NCBI GenBank assembly: GCA_947457845.1
Contig: CANGXM010000001.1
Coordinates: 1 to 56,729 of the forward strand
DNA: 56,729 nt
Reading direction: 5' to 3'
Source of the DNA: Rhodospirillales bacterium
GTDB lineage: Bacteria > Pseudomonadota > Alphaproteobacteria > Azospirillales > Azospirillaceae
Part shown: positions 29,979 through 41,516 of the stretch, piece by piece
Layout: each line of letters opens with the position of its first letter
Position numbering within the stretch: the stretch's first letter is position 1
The notes under the pieces: generated by a model
Database searches by the model: none
What the model was told of the DNA's origin: nothing
The model's input: only the letters and a program-made list of their open reading frames with translations
Position numbers and translations under genes: made by a program

Positions 29979-30235
29979 CGGAAGGGCCCGCCCTCGCGCG
30001 CCATCTCCCGGAAGGAGACGAGCCCGCTCTCGGCGACGAGCCAGAGTGCGAGCGTGATGATCAAGGCGAGAACGGACGTGATCGCGAACTTCAGCATCAG
30101 CCGCGGCTTCGCCGGCGCGCTCGCCGCCATGCCGGGCTCGACCTCGGCCGGCGCCTGCGCGCCCCACGGGAGGACCGCGAACAGCACCGTCCACCAGACG
30201 GTGAAGTAGATGGCGAGCGTGGTGACCCAGTGCAT
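29975..30235 (-). CDS. DUF1467 family small membrane protein
   Basis: 86 aa with two TM helices and an MHWVTTLAIYFTVWWTVLFAVLPWG start. Its position beside mce is typical for alphaproteobacteria. Confidence 0.7.
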   Translation of the reverse strand: MHWVTTLAIYFTVWWTVLFAVLPWGAQAPAEVEPGMAASAPAKPRLMLKFAITSVLALIITLALWLVAESGLVSFREMAREGGPFR

Positions 30236-30236
30236 G

Positions 30237-30641
30237 TCACGCCTGCTCCAGCTCGACCAGCGTTCCGCAGAAGTCCTTGGGGTGCAGGAACAGCACCGGC
30301 CGGTCGTGCGCGCCGATGCGCGGTGCCCCGTCGCCCAGCACGCGCGCGCCCTCCGCCTTCAGCCGGTCGCGCGCGGCCAGGATGTCGTCCACCTCGTAGC
30401 AGACGTGATGGATGCCACCCGACGGGTTCTGCTCGAGGAACCGCCCGATCGGCGACGCCTCGCCCAGCGGGGCCAGCAGCTCGATCTTCGTGTTCGGCAG
30501 GGCGACGAACACGACCGTCACTCCGTGCGCCGGAAGCGCCACGGGCGCCGAGACCTCGGCGCCGAGCGGCCCGGCGTAGAGCGCGGCCGCCTTCGCGAGG
30601 TCCGGCACGGCGATCGCGACATGGTTCAGGCGACCGATCAT
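30237..30641 (-). CDS. mce: Methylmalonyl-CoA epimerase (VOC/glyoxalase fold)
   Basis: 134 aa with MIGRLNHVAIAVPDL, GGIHHVCYEV and FLHPKDFCGTLVELEQ. Confidence 0.85.
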   Translation of the reverse strand: MIGRLNHVAIAVPDLAKAAALYAGPLGAEVSAPVALPAHGVTVVFVALPNTKIELLAPLGEASPIGRFLEQNPSGGIHHVCYEVDDILAARDRLKAEGARVLGDGAPRIGAHDRPVLFLHPKDFCGTLVELEQA

Positions 30642-30719
30642 GGGGCGCGCTCCTCGTTCGTCACCGACCCCATATAGCGGCTCGCCCGCACCCTGTCAGT
30701 GCGACGGAGCGCGGCGCCC

Positions 30720-32402
30720 CTACACCCGCACCAGGTGCACCTCGGTCAGGGGCTTCTTGCCGTGGCTGGCCATGAGGCGGCGGCGTACGGCGATGCGCGC
30801 GGTGTTCGACACCGCGTCGTCGTTGGCGCGGTCGCCGGCCGTCATCCCCTCGATCGCGGACCGCAGCGCGCCCTCGATCTCGTCGATGATCGCCTGCGAC
30901 TGCGGGTCGCCGTCCGAGAGCCCCATGAGCGCGACCTTGGGATCGGCCACGAGCCGGCCCCGGCCGTCCAGGACCAGGGTGGCCACCGCCGCCCCGTTGT
31001 GGAGCATCCTGACCCGATTCTTCAGGCTCTGCCCGCCCTCGCGGACGAGGCGGTTGCCGTCGAGCGCCAGGCGCCCGTGCACCACCTGCCCCACCACCTC
31101 GGCCGGGCCGGGGGCGAGGCGCAGGATCGATCCGTTCTCCGGCAGCGCCACGTCCGGCACCTGGCATTCGCGCGCGATCTTGGCGTGCTCCATCATGTGC
31201 CGGTCCTCGCCGTGGACGGGAACCGACAGCTTCGGGCGGACCAGCTGGTAGAGCCGGGTCAGCTCGTCGCGCGCCGGATGGCCCGAGACGTGGACGAAGG
31301 CGTCGTGGCTCGTCACGATCTCGCACCCGAGCTTGATCAGCGCGTTCTGCACCCGGCCGATCGACCGCTCGTTCCCAGGGATCTCGCGGGAGGAGAAGAT
31401 GACCGTGTCCCCCTCCTCCAGCACGATCTCCGGATGGTCGTCGTTGGCGATGCGGGCCAGCGCCGACCGGGGCTCGCCCTGGCTTCCGGTGCAGACGAGG
31501 ACGACCTTGTCGCGCGGCAGGTAGGCCGCTTCGGCGTCGTTGAGGAAGCGGGGAACGTCCTGGAGATAGCCCGTCGCCTTGGCCGCGTCGTGGATGCGCC
31601 AGAGCGAGCGGCCGACCAGCGCCACGTCGCGCCCGTTGGCCCGGGCGGCCTGGGCGATCGACTGGATGCGGGCGAGGTTGGTCGCGAAGCAGGTGACCAC
31701 GATGCGGTTCCGGTAGCGGCCGAACAGCTGGGTCATGCTCTCGTGGACCGCGGCCTCCGACCCGGCCGTCCCCTCCACCAGCGCGTTGGTGCTGTCGCAG
31801 ACCATCGCGTCCACGCCCTCGCGCCCGATGGCGGCGAGGCGGTCCTCGTCGGCGACGGCGCCGATCAGGGGGGCGGGGTCCAGCTTCCAGTCGCCGGTGT
31901 GCAGGATGGTGCCCGCCTTGGTGCGGATCGCCAGCGCGCTCGGCTCCGGCACCGAGTGCGTCATGGTCACGAACTCGAGGTCGAACGGCCCGACCGAGAA
32001 GCGGCCGCCCAGCGGGACCTCGTTGATCGGCAGCCGGTTCTGGAGCCCGCGGTCGGCGACCTTCGCCCGCAGCACCGCCGCGGTGAAGGGCGTGCACCAG
32101 ACGGGGCACTTGAGTTCCGGCCAGAGATAGGCGACCGCGCCGAGATGGTCCTCGTGCGCGTGGGTGATGACGAGGCCCGCCAGCCGGTCCCGCCGATCAC
32201 GGATGAAGGTCGGGTCCGGCATCAGGATGTCGATGCCGGGGGTGGTGTCGTCCCCGAAGGTGATGCCGAGATCGACCATCAGCCACTGGCCCGCATGGCC
32301 GTAGAGGCTGAGGTTCATGCCGATCTCGCCCGCTCCGCCAAGCGGCAGGAAGAGGATCTCGTCGGGTCCGGGGGTGTTCGTCTCGCGTGTCTTTTCGGTC
32401 AC
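30720..32402 (-). CDS. rnj: Ribonuclease J (metallo-beta-lactamase / beta-CASP)
   Basis: The GTG at 32402 overlaps the coaX stop (GTGA). Motifs: LPLGGAGEIGMN, ITHAHEDHLGA, HVSGHPARDEL. The N-terminal 241 aa of the ORF-track call overlap coaX and are spurious. Confidence 0.85.
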   Translation of the reverse strand: MTEKTRETNTPGPDEILFLPLGGAGEIGMNLSLYGHAGQWLMVDLGITFGDDTTPGIDILMPDPTFIRDRRDRLAGLVITHAHEDHLGAVAYLWPELKCPVWCTPFTAAVLRAKVADRGLQNRLPINEVPLGGRFSVGPFDLEFVTMTHSVPEPSALAIRTKAGTILHTGDWKLDPAPLIGAVADEDRLAAIGREGVDAMVCDSTNALVEGTAGSEAAVHESMTQLFGRYRNRIVVTCFATNLARIQSIAQAARANGRDVALVGRSLWRIHDAAKATGYLQDVPRFLNDAEAAYLPRDKVVLVCTGSQGEPRSALARIANDDHPEIVLEEGDTVIFSSREIPGNERSIGRVQNALIKLGCEIVTSHDAFVHVSGHPARDELTRLYQLVRPKLSVPVHGEDRHMMEHAKIARECQVPDVALPENGSILRLAPGPAEVVGQVVHGRLALDGNRLVREGGQSLKNRVRMLHNGAAVATLVLDGRGRLVADPKVALMGLSDGDPQSQAIIDEIEGALRSAIEGMTAGDRANDDAVSNTARIAVRRRLMASHGKKPLTEVHLVRV

Positions 32403-33199
32403 TGGGTTCCGTTCCGGCCGGGCCGGTTCCTTGCGTGGATCAGGAGAAGCCCCCGCATGGTGATCTCGCCGTCGTAACGGTGGATCAGCGGTGTGGCTTC
32501 GGCGAAGACGCGGCCGAGGCCGCCAGTTGCGATGACCGTGACGGTCGGTGTTCCTGTGGGCGAGAGCTCCGCAGCGATGCGCGTCAGGAGCCCCTCGATC
32601 ATGCTGGTGTAACCCCAGAACATGCCCGATTCCATGGCACCGACGGTGCTCTTCCCGATGACCCGGGCAGGGCGTCGGATGTCCACCTTCGGCAGTTGCG
32701 AGGCGACCCGGTGGAGCGCGTCGAGCGCCAGCGTCGGCCCGGGGGCGATGATCCCGCCGGCGAAGTTGCCGTCGGCGTCGACGATGTCGAACGTCGTCCC
32801 GGTGCCGATGTCGACGATCACGAGCGGTGGCGGATGCCGGGCGACGGCGCCCACGGCGTTGGCGATGCGGTCGGCCCCGGCCTCGTGCGGGTTGTCGATC
32901 TTGACCAGGAGGCCGGGGTCCACGTCCGGATCCTTCACCTTCAGGGGCGTGCAGCCGAAATGGTCCTCGCACAGCCGCACGAGGTGCGGGGTCGCGGCGG
33001 GGACCACGCTCGACAGGATCGCGGCGTCGACGTCGGCGGCGTTGAGGCCCTTCATCCCCATCAGCGCCAGGAGCCAGACGGCGTATTCGTCCGACGTTCG
33101 GCGGGCGTCGGTGGATATGCGCCACGACCCCCGCTTCGTCTCGCCCTCGAAAACGGCGAAGACCACGTTCGTGTTGCCGGCGTCTATCGCGAGCAGCAT
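32399..33199 (-). CDS. coaX: Type III pantothenate kinase
   Basis: The internal ATG at 33199 gives MLLAIDAGNTNVVFAVF. GADRIANAVG and IVDIGTGTTFD motifs are present. Confidence 0.9.
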   Translation of the reverse strand: MLLAIDAGNTNVVFAVFEGETKRGSWRISTDARRTSDEYAVWLLALMGMKGLNAADVDAAILSSVVPAATPHLVRLCEDHFGCTPLKVKDPDVDPGLLVKIDNPHEAGADRIANAVGAVARHPPPLVIVDIGTGTTFDIVDADGNFAGGIIAPGPTLALDALHRVASQLPKVDIRRPARVIGKSTVGAMESGMFWGYTSMIEGLLTRIAAELSPTGTPTVTVIATGGLGRVFAEATPLIHRYDGEITMRGLLLIHARNRPGRNGTQ

Positions 33200-33203
33200 G
33201 GCC

Positions 33204-33968
33204 TCACCCTCCCGTGCGGAAGAACACGTCGCCGGCCCCGATCGTCCGCCGCCCCCCGGCCGCGTCGAGGACGAGCGCGCCCGAGGCGTCGAGATCCACG
33301 AAGACGCCGTCGAGCGACGCATCGGGCAGGCGGACGGTGACCGGCCCGCCGACGCCGCGCGCCCGCGCCAGCCACGCCGCGCGCAACGGACCGAACCCCG
33401 CCACCCGCCACCGGCCGTACCAGCGCTCGACCCCCCGCGCGACCGCGGCCAGAACGGTCGCAGGATCCGCCGTCGCGCCATGATCCGCGAGGCACGTGGC
33501 CGGGTAGGCGGGATCCGGCGGCGGTGCTGCGACGTTGACGCCGATGCCGACGACGAGGGCCGGGGACGCTCCGCCCTCCCCGTCCGCCGTCTCCAGCAGG
33601 ATCCCGGACACCTTGCGCCCCTCGACCAGAACGTCGTTGGGCCATTTCAGGTCGACGCGCACGCCGCCGGGCAGGACCTCCGCCGCCGCGTCGTGAACCG
33701 CGAGGGCGGCGGCGAAGGAGAGCTGCGCGGCATCACCGGGCGGGACCTCCGGGCGGAGGAGGATCGAGAGGAACAGGTTGCCTGGCGGCGAATGCCAGCC
33801 CCTGCCCCGCCGGCCCCGGCCCGCGGTCTGGGTCCGGGCCCAGACGAGCGTGCCCTCCGGCGCGCCCTCGGTGGCGAGCGAGCGCGCCAGATCGTTCGTG
33901 CTGTCGACCGTGTCGAACGCGACGAGCCGGAAGAACCGCGGCAGGGACGTCGCCGCGGCCCCGCTCAT
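33204..33968 (-). CDS. birA: Biotin--[acetyl-CoA-carboxylase] ligase (no N-terminal HTH domain)
   Basis: The ATG at 33968 overlaps the nuoN stop (ATGA). Motifs: [32 protein letters not shown]. Confidence 0.85.
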   Translation of the reverse strand: MSGAAATSLPRFFRLVAFDTVDSTNDLARSLATEGAPEGTLVWARTQTAGRGRRGRGWHSPPGNLFLSILLRPEVPPGDAAQLSFAAALAVHDAAAEVLPGGVRVDLKWPNDVLVEGRKVSGILLETADGEGGASPALVVGIGVNVAAPPPDPAYPATCLADHGATADPATVLAAVARGVERWYGRWRVAGFGPLRAAWLARARGVGGPVTVRLPDASLDGVFVDLDASGALVLDAAGGRRTIGAGDVFFRTGG

Positions 33969-35407
33969 CGCGCGAGGAGCGAGGTCGCGGCCGTCGCCGC
34001 CCCGGCCACGATGGGCGTCTGGAACACGATGAACAGCAGCGTGAAGAGGGTCGTCCCCGCGAGGACGGCGGTCGCCCCCATGCCGATCGGCCGGTCGAGC
34101 GCCACCACCGGCTCGTCGAAGTACATGAGCTTGACGATCCTCAGATAATAGAAGGCGGAGACGACGCTGCTCAGCACGCCGAGGACGGCCAGGACGTAGA
34201 GCCCGGCCTCGATCGCGCCGAGGAAGACGTAGAGCTTGGAGAAGAAGCCGGCGAGCGGCGGGATGCCGGCCATCGAGAACATGAAGACCGCCATGGCGAG
34301 CGCCAGCAGCGGGTGCGTGCGCGACAGACCCTTCAGGTCGGCGATGTCCTCCACCGACCGGCCGTCCTTCTGCATGCAGAGCACGATGGTGAAGCTGCCG
34401 ACCGTCATGAAGAGATAGACGGCCATGTAGATCATCACGCCCTGGACGCCGTTCTCGTTCCCCGCCGCGAGGCCGACGAGCGCGTAGCCGACGTTGCCGA
34501 TGGAGCTGTAGGCCATCAGCCGCTTGATGTTCGTCTGTCCGATCGCGGCGAAGGCCCCGAGCAGCATGGACCCGAGGGCCGTCACCCACACGATCTGCTG
34601 CCACTGATGGGCGAGGCCGCCGAAGGGCTCGGTCAGGACGCGGATGAACAGCGCCACGGCCGCGATCTTCGGCGCTGCGGCGAAGAAGGTGGTCACCGGC
34701 GTCGGCGCGCCCTCGTAGACGTCGGGCGTCCACATGTGGAAGGGCACGGCCGAGATCTTGAACGCGATACCCGCGGCCACGAACACCAGGCCCACGACGA
34801 GGCCGACCGACGGCACCGAACCGTGGCCAAAAAGGCGCGCGAGACCATCGAACGACGTGGTCCCGGCGAAGCCGTAGACCAGCGACATGCCATAGAGAAG
34901 GATACCCGACGAGAGCGCGCCGAGGACGAAGTACTTCAGCCCGGCCTCGCTCGAGCGCGCGTGGTCGCGCCGGAAGGCGGCCAGCACGTAGAGCGCGAGG
35001 CTCTGGGTCTCCAGCCCGACATAGACCGCGACGAGGTCGTTGGCCGACACCATCATCAGCATGCCGAGCGTGGCGAACAGGATGAGGACCGGATACTCGA
35101 ACCGGTCGATCTGCTCGCGCTCGAGGTGGTCCATCGCGACGATCAGCGACAGCGCCGAGCCGATCAGCACCAGGACCTTCATGAAGGCCGAGAAGCGATC
35201 GGCGACGAACTGGCCGTTGAAGGTGACGGTGCGCTCGGATCCCGCGCCGAGGACGAGCGCGGCGGTCACCAGCAGCGCGACGACCGAGAGCACCGAGACG
35301 AGGCGCGTCGACCCCTCGCCGCGGAAGACGCCGACCATCAGCAGCGCCATGGCCGAGCAGGCGAGGAAGATCTCCGGAAGCGCCGGGAGAAGGCTCGGAA
35401 CGGTCAT
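33965..35407 (-). CDS. nuoN: NADH-quinone oxidoreductase subunit N
   Basis: 480-aa polytopic antiporter-like subunit in the last position of the nuo operon. Confidence 0.92.
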   Translation of the reverse strand: MTVPSLLPALPEIFLACSAMALLMVGVFRGEGSTRLVSVLSVVALLVTAALVLGAGSERTVTFNGQFVADRFSAFMKVLVLIGSALSLIVAMDHLEREQIDRFEYPVLILFATLGMLMMVSANDLVAVYVGLETQSLALYVLAAFRRDHARSSEAGLKYFVLGALSSGILLYGMSLVYGFAGTTSFDGLARLFGHGSVPSVGLVVGLVFVAAGIAFKISAVPFHMWTPDVYEGAPTPVTTFFAAAPKIAAVALFIRVLTEPFGGLAHQWQQIVWVTALGSMLLGAFAAIGQTNIKRLMAYSSIGNVGYALVGLAAGNENGVQGVMIYMAVYLFMTVGSFTIVLCMQKDGRSVEDIADLKGLSRTHPLLALAMAVFMFSMAGIPPLAGFFSKLYVFLGAIEAGLYVLAVLGVLSSVVSAFYYLRIVKLMYFDEPVVALDRPIGMGATAVLAGTTLFTLLFIVFQTPIVAGAATAATSLLAR

Positions 35408-35422
35408 TGACGGCCCCCTGCC

Positions 35423-36940
35423 TCAGCGCGAGGCGACGACCGTCGCGGCCCCGTCGGCCAGCGCGGTCTGGTAGTTGCGGATGAGGTGCTCCACCGTCGG
35501 CCCGAAGATGTCGAGAACCGGCTGGGGATAGACGCCGAGCCACAGGACGAGCACGACGATGGGCGCGAAGACCGCCACCTCGCGCGGGCTGAGGTCCAGC
35601 AGGTCCCGCAGGTCGGCCCTGGTGAGCTTTCCGAAGACGATGCGGCGATAGAGGAACAGCATGTAAGCGGCACCCAGGATGATGCCGACGGTCGCCAGCA
35701 GCGCCACCCAGGTGTTCGCCTGGAACGCGCCCATCAGCACGAGGAACTCGCCGACGAAGCCGCTGGTGCCCGGAAGGCCGACCGAGGCGAGCATCATGAA
35801 CATGAAGATGACGGCGTAGCGCGGCATGTTGGAGACGAGCCCGCCGTAGCGCGCGATCTCCCGCGTGTGGAGCCGGTCGTAGACGACGCCGACGCACAAG
35901 AACAGCGCGCCCGAGACGAGCCCGTGGGAAATCATCTGGAACAGCGCGCCCTCGATCCCCTGCTGCGTCATGGTGAAGAGGCCGATGGTCACGAAGCCCA
36001 TGTGGGCGACCGACGAATAGGCGATCAGCTTCTTCATGTCCTCCTGCGCGAGCGCGACGAGCGACGTGTAGATGATCGCCACCACCGACAGCACGTAGAC
36101 GAGCGGCGTCAGCATCGCCGTCGCTTCCGGGAACATCGGGATCGAGAAGCGCAGGAAGCCGTAGCCGCCCATCTTCAGCAGAACGCCCGCGAGGATGACC
36201 GATCCGGCCGTCGGCGCCTCCACGTGCGCGTCGGGCAGCCAGGTGTGGACGGGCCACATCGGCACCTTGACCGCGAAGGAGGCGAAGAAGGCGAGCCAGA
36301 GCCAGGTCTGCATCGCGACCGGGAACCGCGTCTCGGCCAGGATGCGCGCCACGTCGGTCGTGCCCGCCGCGTAGCCCATCGCGAGGATGGCCAGCAGCAT
36401 CAGGACCGAGCCGAGGAGCGTGTAGAGGAAGAACTTGAAGGCCGCATAGACCCGCCGCCCGCCACCCCAGACCCCGATGATGATGAACATCGGGATCAGC
36501 ACGCCCTCGAAGAAGATATAGAAGAGGACGAGGTCGAGCGCGCAGAACATGCCGACCATCATGGTCTCGAGGACCAGGAAGGCGATCATGTATTCCTTCA
36601 CCCGGGTCTGCACCGATTCCCAGCTGGCGAGGATGCAGATCGGCGTAAGGAACGTGGACAGAAGCACGAACAGCACCGAGATGCCGTCCACGCCCATGTG
36701 GTAGCTGATCCCGAACGCCGGGATCCAAGCGACCGTCTCCTGCAGCTGGAAGCTCGGGTTTCGCGCATCGAACGCGCCGAGCACGAACAGCGACACGCCG
36801 AAGGTGAGAAGCGACGTCCAGAGCGCGATCCAGCGCGCGTTCCGCGCCTCCGTCTCCGGATCGGACCGCAGGAACAGCAGAAAGAGCACGCCGACGAGCG
36901 GCAGGAAGGTCGTGATCGTCAGCAGGGGCCAAGCGGACAT
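35423..36940 (-). CDS. nuoM: NADH-quinone oxidoreductase subunit M
   Basis: The internal ATG at 36940 gives [17 protein letters not shown]. It is an antiporter-like subunit ([15 protein letters not shown]). Confidence 0.92.
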   Translation of the reverse strand: MSAWPLLTITTFLPLVGVLFLLFLRSDPETEARNARWIALWTSLLTFGVSLFVLGAFDARNPSFQLQETVAWIPAFGISYHMGVDGISVLFVLLSTFLTPICILASWESVQTRVKEYMIAFLVLETMMVGMFCALDLVLFYIFFEGVLIPMFIIIGVWGGGRRVYAAFKFFLYTLLGSVLMLLAILAMGYAAGTTDVARILAETRFPVAMQTWLWLAFFASFAVKVPMWPVHTWLPDAHVEAPTAGSVILAGVLLKMGGYGFLRFSIPMFPEATAMLTPLVYVLSVVAIIYTSLVALAQEDMKKLIAYSSVAHMGFVTIGLFTMTQQGIEGALFQMISHGLVSGALFLCVGVVYDRLHTREIARYGGLVSNMPRYAVIFMFMMLASVGLPGTSGFVGEFLVLMGAFQANTWVALLATVGIILGAAYMLFLYRRIVFGKLTRADLRDLLDLSPREVAVFAPIVVLVLWLGVYPQPVLDIFGPTVEHLIRNYQTALADGAATVVASR

Positions 36941-36969
36941 GTCGTTTCTGTTCCCGTCTTCCGCCGGTC

Positions 36970-38910
36970 TCAGTTCGCGAGCCAGAACCAGGCGATCAGC
37001 GCGACCACGCCGAGCACCATGGCGAAGGCATAATGGTAGACGTAGCCGGTCTGAAGCCGCACGGACCGGGCCGCCGCCTCCCGCGTCAGCGCGGCGAGGC
37101 CGTCGGGACCGAAGGCGTCGATGACCGCACCGTCGCCCTTCTTCCAAAGCTCGAACCCGAGCCAGCGCGCCGGACGGACGAAGACCGCGTCGTAGAGCTG
37201 GTCGAAGTACCAGCGATTGTAGAAGAACGCGTGCAGCGGGGCGAACTGTGCCTGGATGCGGGCCGGCATCTCCGGCCTGATCTGGTACATCCAGTAGGCC
37301 GTCCCGATCCCGGAGAGCGCCACGACCAGCGGTGCCCAGGGCACCCAGAAGGGAACGTGGTGCGCCGCCTCGACCGTGTCGTTCTCGGGCAGGACGAAGA
37401 TCGCCTTGCCCCAGAACTCGTGGCTGTGGTGGCCCACGAAGCTTCCGTAGAAGACCGCACCCGCCAGGACCGAGCCGACGGCCAGCACCACCAGCGGCCC
37501 GAGCATGATCCAGGGGCTCTCGTGGACGTGGGCAACGGTCTTCGCATCGGCGCGCGGGGCGCCGTTGAAGGTCATGATCAGCAGCCGCCAGGAATAAAAG
37601 GCAGTCAGGAACGCGGCCACGATGCCGAGCCAGAAGGCGAGCATGCCGAACCACGTATGGTCCGCGTAGGCCGCCTCGAGGATGATGTCCTTCGAATAGA
37701 AGCCCGCGAAGCCGATCACGCCGGGGATGCCGATACCGGCGAGCGCGAGGCTGCCGATCCACATCATCCAGTAGGTGACCTTGATCTTGTCCGCGAGGCC
37801 CCCCATCCGGCGCATGTCCTGTTCGTCCGACATGGCGTGGATGACCGAGCCGGCGCCGAGGAACAGCAGCGCCTTGAAGAAGGCGTGCGTCATCAGGTGG
37901 AAGATCGCGGCCGAATAGGCCGACACGCCGAGTGCGAAGAACATGTAGCCGAGCTGCGACATCGTCGAATAGGCGATGACGCGCTTGATGTCGAACTGGG
38001 TGAAGCCGATCGTCGCCGCCACGAAGGCGGTGAGCGCGCCGACCACCGTCACCACCATCAGCGCCGTGGGCGCGTATTCGAAGATCGGCGACAGGCGCGC
38101 GACCATGAACACGCCCGCCGTCACCATCGTCGCCGCATGGATCAGCGCGGAAACCGGGGTCGGCCCCTCCATCGCGTCGGGCAGCCACGTGTGGAGCCCG
38201 AGCTGCGCCGACTTGCCCATGGCGCCCATGAACAGCAGCAGGCAGGCGATGGTGAGCGCATGGCCCTCGAACCAGAGGAAGGAGATGGTCGTCTGCGCCT
38301 GCGCCGGGGCGGCGGCAAAGATCGTGTCGAACTCGACCGAGCCGAAGATGAGGAAGACGGCGAAGATGCCGAGCGCGAACCCGAAGTCGCCGACCCGGTT
38401 CACCAGGAAGGCCTTCATGGCCGCGTTGTTGGCGGACGGCTTTTCGTACCAGAAGTTGATCAGCAGATAGGAGGCGACGCCCACCCCTTCCCAGCCGAAG
38501 TACATCTGGACGAGGTTGTCCGACGTCACCAGCATCAGCATGAAGAAGGTGAACAGGCTGAGATAGGCGAAGAACCGCGGCTGGTGGCGGTCGTGGTGCA
38601 TGTAGCCGATCGAGTACAGGTGCACCATCGCCGACACGCCGTTCACGACGACCAGCATGATCGCGGTCAGCGTGTCGACCCGCAGCGCCCACGAGACCTC
38701 GAGGGCGCCGCTGTCGATCCAGGTGAAGAGTTCGATCGTGCGCGGCTGGTGCAGGAAGGCGACCTGCCAGAACAGGACGCAGGAGATCAGCGCCGCAACC
38801 ACGACAGCGGTGCAGGTGACGACGTGGGCTCCCCGGTCGCCGATGATGCGCCCGAAGAAGCCGGCGATGAAGGCCGCCGCGAGCGGCAGGAAGACGGCTG
38901 CGATTTCCAT
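36970..38910 (-). CDS. nuoL: NADH-quinone oxidoreductase subunit L
   Basis: 646 aa with [13 protein letters not shown] and [22 protein letters not shown]. Confidence 0.93.
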   Translation of the reverse strand: MEIAAVFLPLAAAFIAGFFGRIIGDRGAHVVTCTAVVVAALISCVLFWQVAFLHQPRTIELFTWIDSGALEVSWALRVDTLTAIMLVVVNGVSAMVHLYSIGYMHHDRHQPRFFAYLSLFTFFMLMLVTSDNLVQMYFGWEGVGVASYLLINFWYEKPSANNAAMKAFLVNRVGDFGFALGIFAVFLIFGSVEFDTIFAAAPAQAQTTISFLWFEGHALTIACLLLFMGAMGKSAQLGLHTWLPDAMEGPTPVSALIHAATMVTAGVFMVARLSPIFEYAPTALMVVTVVGALTAFVAATIGFTQFDIKRVIAYSTMSQLGYMFFALGVSAYSAAIFHLMTHAFFKALLFLGAGSVIHAMSDEQDMRRMGGLADKIKVTYWMMWIGSLALAGIGIPGVIGFAGFYSKDIILEAAYADHTWFGMLAFWLGIVAAFLTAFYSWRLLIMTFNGAPRADAKTVAHVHESPWIMLGPLVVLAVGSVLAGAVFYGSFVGHHSHEFWGKAIFVLPENDTVEAAHHVPFWVPWAPLVVALSGIGTAYWMYQIRPEMPARIQAQFAPLHAFFYNRWYFDQLYDAVFVRPARWLGFELWKKGDGAVIDAFGPDGLAALTREAAARSVRLQTGYVYHYAFAMVLGVVALIAWFWLAN

Positions 38911-38920
38911 GGCGGCGGCG

Positions 38921-39232
38921 TCAGCCCTTCATCAGGTTGATGTCTTCGACCGCGATCGTGCCGCGGTTGCGGAAGTAGATGACGAGGATGGCGAGGCCGA
39001 TCGCCGCCTCGGCCGCGGCCACCGTCAGCACGAAGAGCGCGAAGACCTGCCCGACGAGATCGCCCAGGTGGACCGAGAAGGCGACGAGGTTGATGTTCAC
39101 GGCCAGCAGGATCAGTTCGACCGACATCAGGATGACGATCACGTTCTTCCGGTTCAGGAAGATGCCGAACACGCCCAGCGTGAAGAGGACCGCCGCGACG
39201 GCGAGATAGTGGCCGAGGCCGATCTCCAGCAT
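38921..39232 (-). CDS. nuoK: NADH-quinone oxidoreductase subunit K
   Basis: 103 aa with three TM helices. Its position and sequence are typical of NuoK. Confidence 0.92.
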   Translation of the reverse strand: MLEIGLGHYLAVAAVLFTLGVFGIFLNRKNVIVILMSVELILLAVNINLVAFSVHLGDLVGQVFALFVLTVAAAEAAIGLAILVIYFRNRGTIAVEDINLMKG

Positions 39233-39233
39233 G

Positions 39234-39848
39234 TCAGACGCCCCCTCGCGTCGGCACCTTGCGGACGGCGACCACCTCCTCGCGCGGACGCGAGACCTGG
39301 CGTGCGACCGACTGGCGCCGGACGCCCACCCGGGACCGCAGCGTCAGCACGATCGCACCGATCATCGCGATCAGAAGGACGATCCCCGCCGCCTGGAACA
39401 GATAGACGAAGTCCGTGTAGATGATCCGGCCGAGCGCCTCGGTGTTGGAGACGCCCTCGGCGGTCGGCACGGGCGCCAGCGCGATGCCGGACGCGCCCGG
39501 TGCGGACGACCACGCCCCGAAGGCGACGAGCAGTTCCGCGATCAGGATGACGCCGACGAGGAGGCCGACCGGCAGGTGGTTCATCACCTGACCGCGGAGT
39601 TCCGCGAAGTCGATGTCAAGCATCATCACCACGAACAGGAACAGCACCGCGACCGCGCCGACATAGACGATGACCAGGATCATCGCGACGAACTCGGCCC
39701 CGATCAGCAGGAACAGCCCCGCCGCGTTGAAGAAGCAGAGGATCAGGAACAGGACCGAGTGGACCGGGTTCCGGGACAAGATCACCATGACCGCCGACGC
39801 GATCATGACGATCGAGAAGAGATAGAATGCGAGGGCGTGGACGATCAT
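39234..39848 (-). CDS. nuoJ: NADH-quinone oxidoreductase subunit J
   Basis: 204-aa membrane subunit in the conserved operon position. Confidence 0.9.
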   Translation of the reverse strand: MIVHALAFYLFSIVMIASAVMVILSRNPVHSVLFLILCFFNAAGLFLLIGAEFVAMILVIVYVGAVAVLFLFVVMMLDIDFAELRGQVMNHLPVGLLVGVILIAELLVAFGAWSSAPGASGIALAPVPTAEGVSNTEALGRIIYTDFVYLFQAAGIVLLIAMIGAIVLTLRSRVGVRRQSVARQVSRPREEVVAVRKVPTRGGV

Positions 39849-39953
39849 TCGCGGTCAGGCCCGGGCCTGCGACGGCCCTCATTGAGCGGATCTAAACGGG
39901 GCACGGCCGTGGACGTGGGCAATGCGCCCAAGACCACATTCGCGGGGTGGCTT

Positions 39954-40442
39954 TTAACGGTACGGGGCATCTGCCGCAAGATTGGCGGCGAGGAGCGGTT
40001 CCCACCGGTCGCCGTTCGCGAGAAGCTTCTCCTTGTTGTAGAAGAGTTCCTCGCGCGTCTCGGTGGTGAACTCGAAGTTCGGCCCCTCGACGATGGCATC
40101 GACCGGGCAGGCCTCCTGGCAGAGGCCGCAGTAGATGCACTTCGTCATGTCGATGTCGTAGCGCGTGGTCCGCCGGCTCCCGTCCTCGCGCGGCTCCGCC
40201 TCGATCGTGATGGCGAGCGCGGGGCAGACGGCCTCGCAAAGCTTGCAGGCAATGCAGCGCTCCTCCCCGTTGGGATAGCGGCGCAGCGCATGTTCGCCGC
40301 GGAAGCGCGGGCTCAACGGGGTCTTTTCGTGCGGATAGTTGATGGTGGCGCGGGGCTTGAACATGTAGCTGAACGTCAGCCCCATGCCCGAGACGAGCTC
40401 CGCCAGAAAGAAGCTCCGCGCCGTGCGGTCGAGAAACGCCAT
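39954..40442 (-). CDS. nuoI: NADH-quinone oxidoreductase subunit I (2x[4Fe-4S])
   Basis: The ATG at 40442 gives [17 protein letters not shown]. Two CxxCxxCxxxCP ferredoxin motifs are present ([24 protein letters not shown]). Confidence 0.93.
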   Translation of the reverse strand: MAFLDRTARSFFLAELVSGMGLTFSYMFKPRATINYPHEKTPLSPRFRGEHALRRYPNGEERCIACKLCEAVCPALAITIEAEPREDGSRRTTRYDIDMTKCIYCGLCQEACPVDAIVEGPNFEFTTETREELFYNKEKLLANGDRWEPLLAANLAADAPYR

Positions 40443-40506
40443 TCCGGTCACTCCAGCGGCGGACGCGGCGATGCCCCGGGAGCCATCGCGCGTGCGCCGC
40501 AACATG

Positions 40507-41511
40507 TCACGGCAACCAATCAAAGGCAACGAGCACGCCCGCCGTCGCCACCACGTAGAGGAGCGAAAACGGCAGGAATACTTTCCAGCCGAGCCGCATG
40601 AGCTGGTCGTAGCGATAGCGCGGGACCGTCGCCCGCACCCAGATGAAGACGAACAGCACCATCGCGATCTTCAGCGCGAACCAGACGACCCCCGGAATCC
40701 AGTTCAGCGGCGGGATGTCCAGCGGCGGGAGCCAGCCACCCAGGAACAGGATGACGGTCATCGCGCTCATCAGGATCATGTTCGCGTATTCGCCGAGGAA
40801 GAACAGGGCGAACGTCATCGACGAGTATTCGACGTTGAACCCGCCCGACAGCTCCGACTCGCCCTCCGGCAGGTCGAAGGGCGCCCGGTTCGTCTCGGCA
40901 AGCGCGGAGACGAAGAAGACGACGAACATCGGGAACAGCGGGATCGCGAACCAGATCGTCCTCTGCGCCTCGACGATCTTCGACAGGTTCAGCGAGCCCG
41001 CGCAGAGCAGCACCGTGATGATGACGAGGCCGATCGAGACCTCGTAGGACACCATCTGCGCCGCCGACCGGAGCCCGCCAAGGAACGCGTACTTCGAGTT
41101 CGACGCCCATCCGGCGATGATGATGCCATAGACGCCGAGCGAGCTGATCGCGAAGAGATACAGGATGCCAACATTGATGTCGGCCAGCACCCACCCGGCC
41201 TGGAACGGGATCACCGCCCACGCGACCAGCGCCAGGAGGAACGTCAGCATCGGCGCCGCGACGAACAGGACGCGGTTGGCGCCCGACGGGATGATCGTTT
41301 CCTTGCCGAGCAGCTTGATGCCGTCGGCCAGCGGCTGCAGCAGGCCGAAGGGGCCGACCACGTTCGGGCCCTGGCGCAGCTGCATCGCCGCGAGAACCTT
41401 GCGCTCGGCATAGGTGAGATAGGCCACCGCGACCAGCAGCGGCAGGATGATGGCGACGATCTGCAGGACGATGACGACCGTCGGGATCGCGAAACCGCTC
41501 CAGAACCCCAT
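40507..41511 (-). CDS. nuoH: NADH-quinone oxidoreductase subunit H
   Basis: The internal ATG at 41511 precedes [16 protein letters not shown] and [16 protein letters not shown] motifs. Confidence 0.93.
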   Translation of the reverse strand: MGFWSGFAIPTVVIVLQIVAIILPLLVAVAYLTYAERKVLAAMQLRQGPNVVGPFGLLQPLADGIKLLGKETIIPSGANRVLFVAAPMLTFLLALVAWAVIPFQAGWVLADINVGILYLFAISSLGVYGIIIAGWASNSKYAFLGGLRSAAQMVSYEVSIGLVIITVLLCAGSLNLSKIVEAQRTIWFAIPLFPMFVVFFVSALAETNRAPFDLPEGESELSGGFNVEYSSMTFALFFLGEYANMILMSAMTVILFLGGWLPPLDIPPLNWIPGVVWFALKIAMVLFVFIWVRATVPRYRYDQLMRLGWKVFLPFSLLYVVATAGVLVAFDWLP

Positions 41512-41516
41512 CCCCG

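Noticed and set aside
33204-36932. Apparent giant fusion ORFs in the track: 33204..36932, 35423..38692, 40507..43587, 44078..46051, 11143..14517, 14689..16506 and 30720..33125.
   Set aside because: These are not fusions. The N-terminal parts are out-of-frame read-through over the upstream gene, because no stop codon occurs. The true starts were placed at internal ATG/GTG codons that reproduce canonical N-termini and 4-nt start/stop overlaps.
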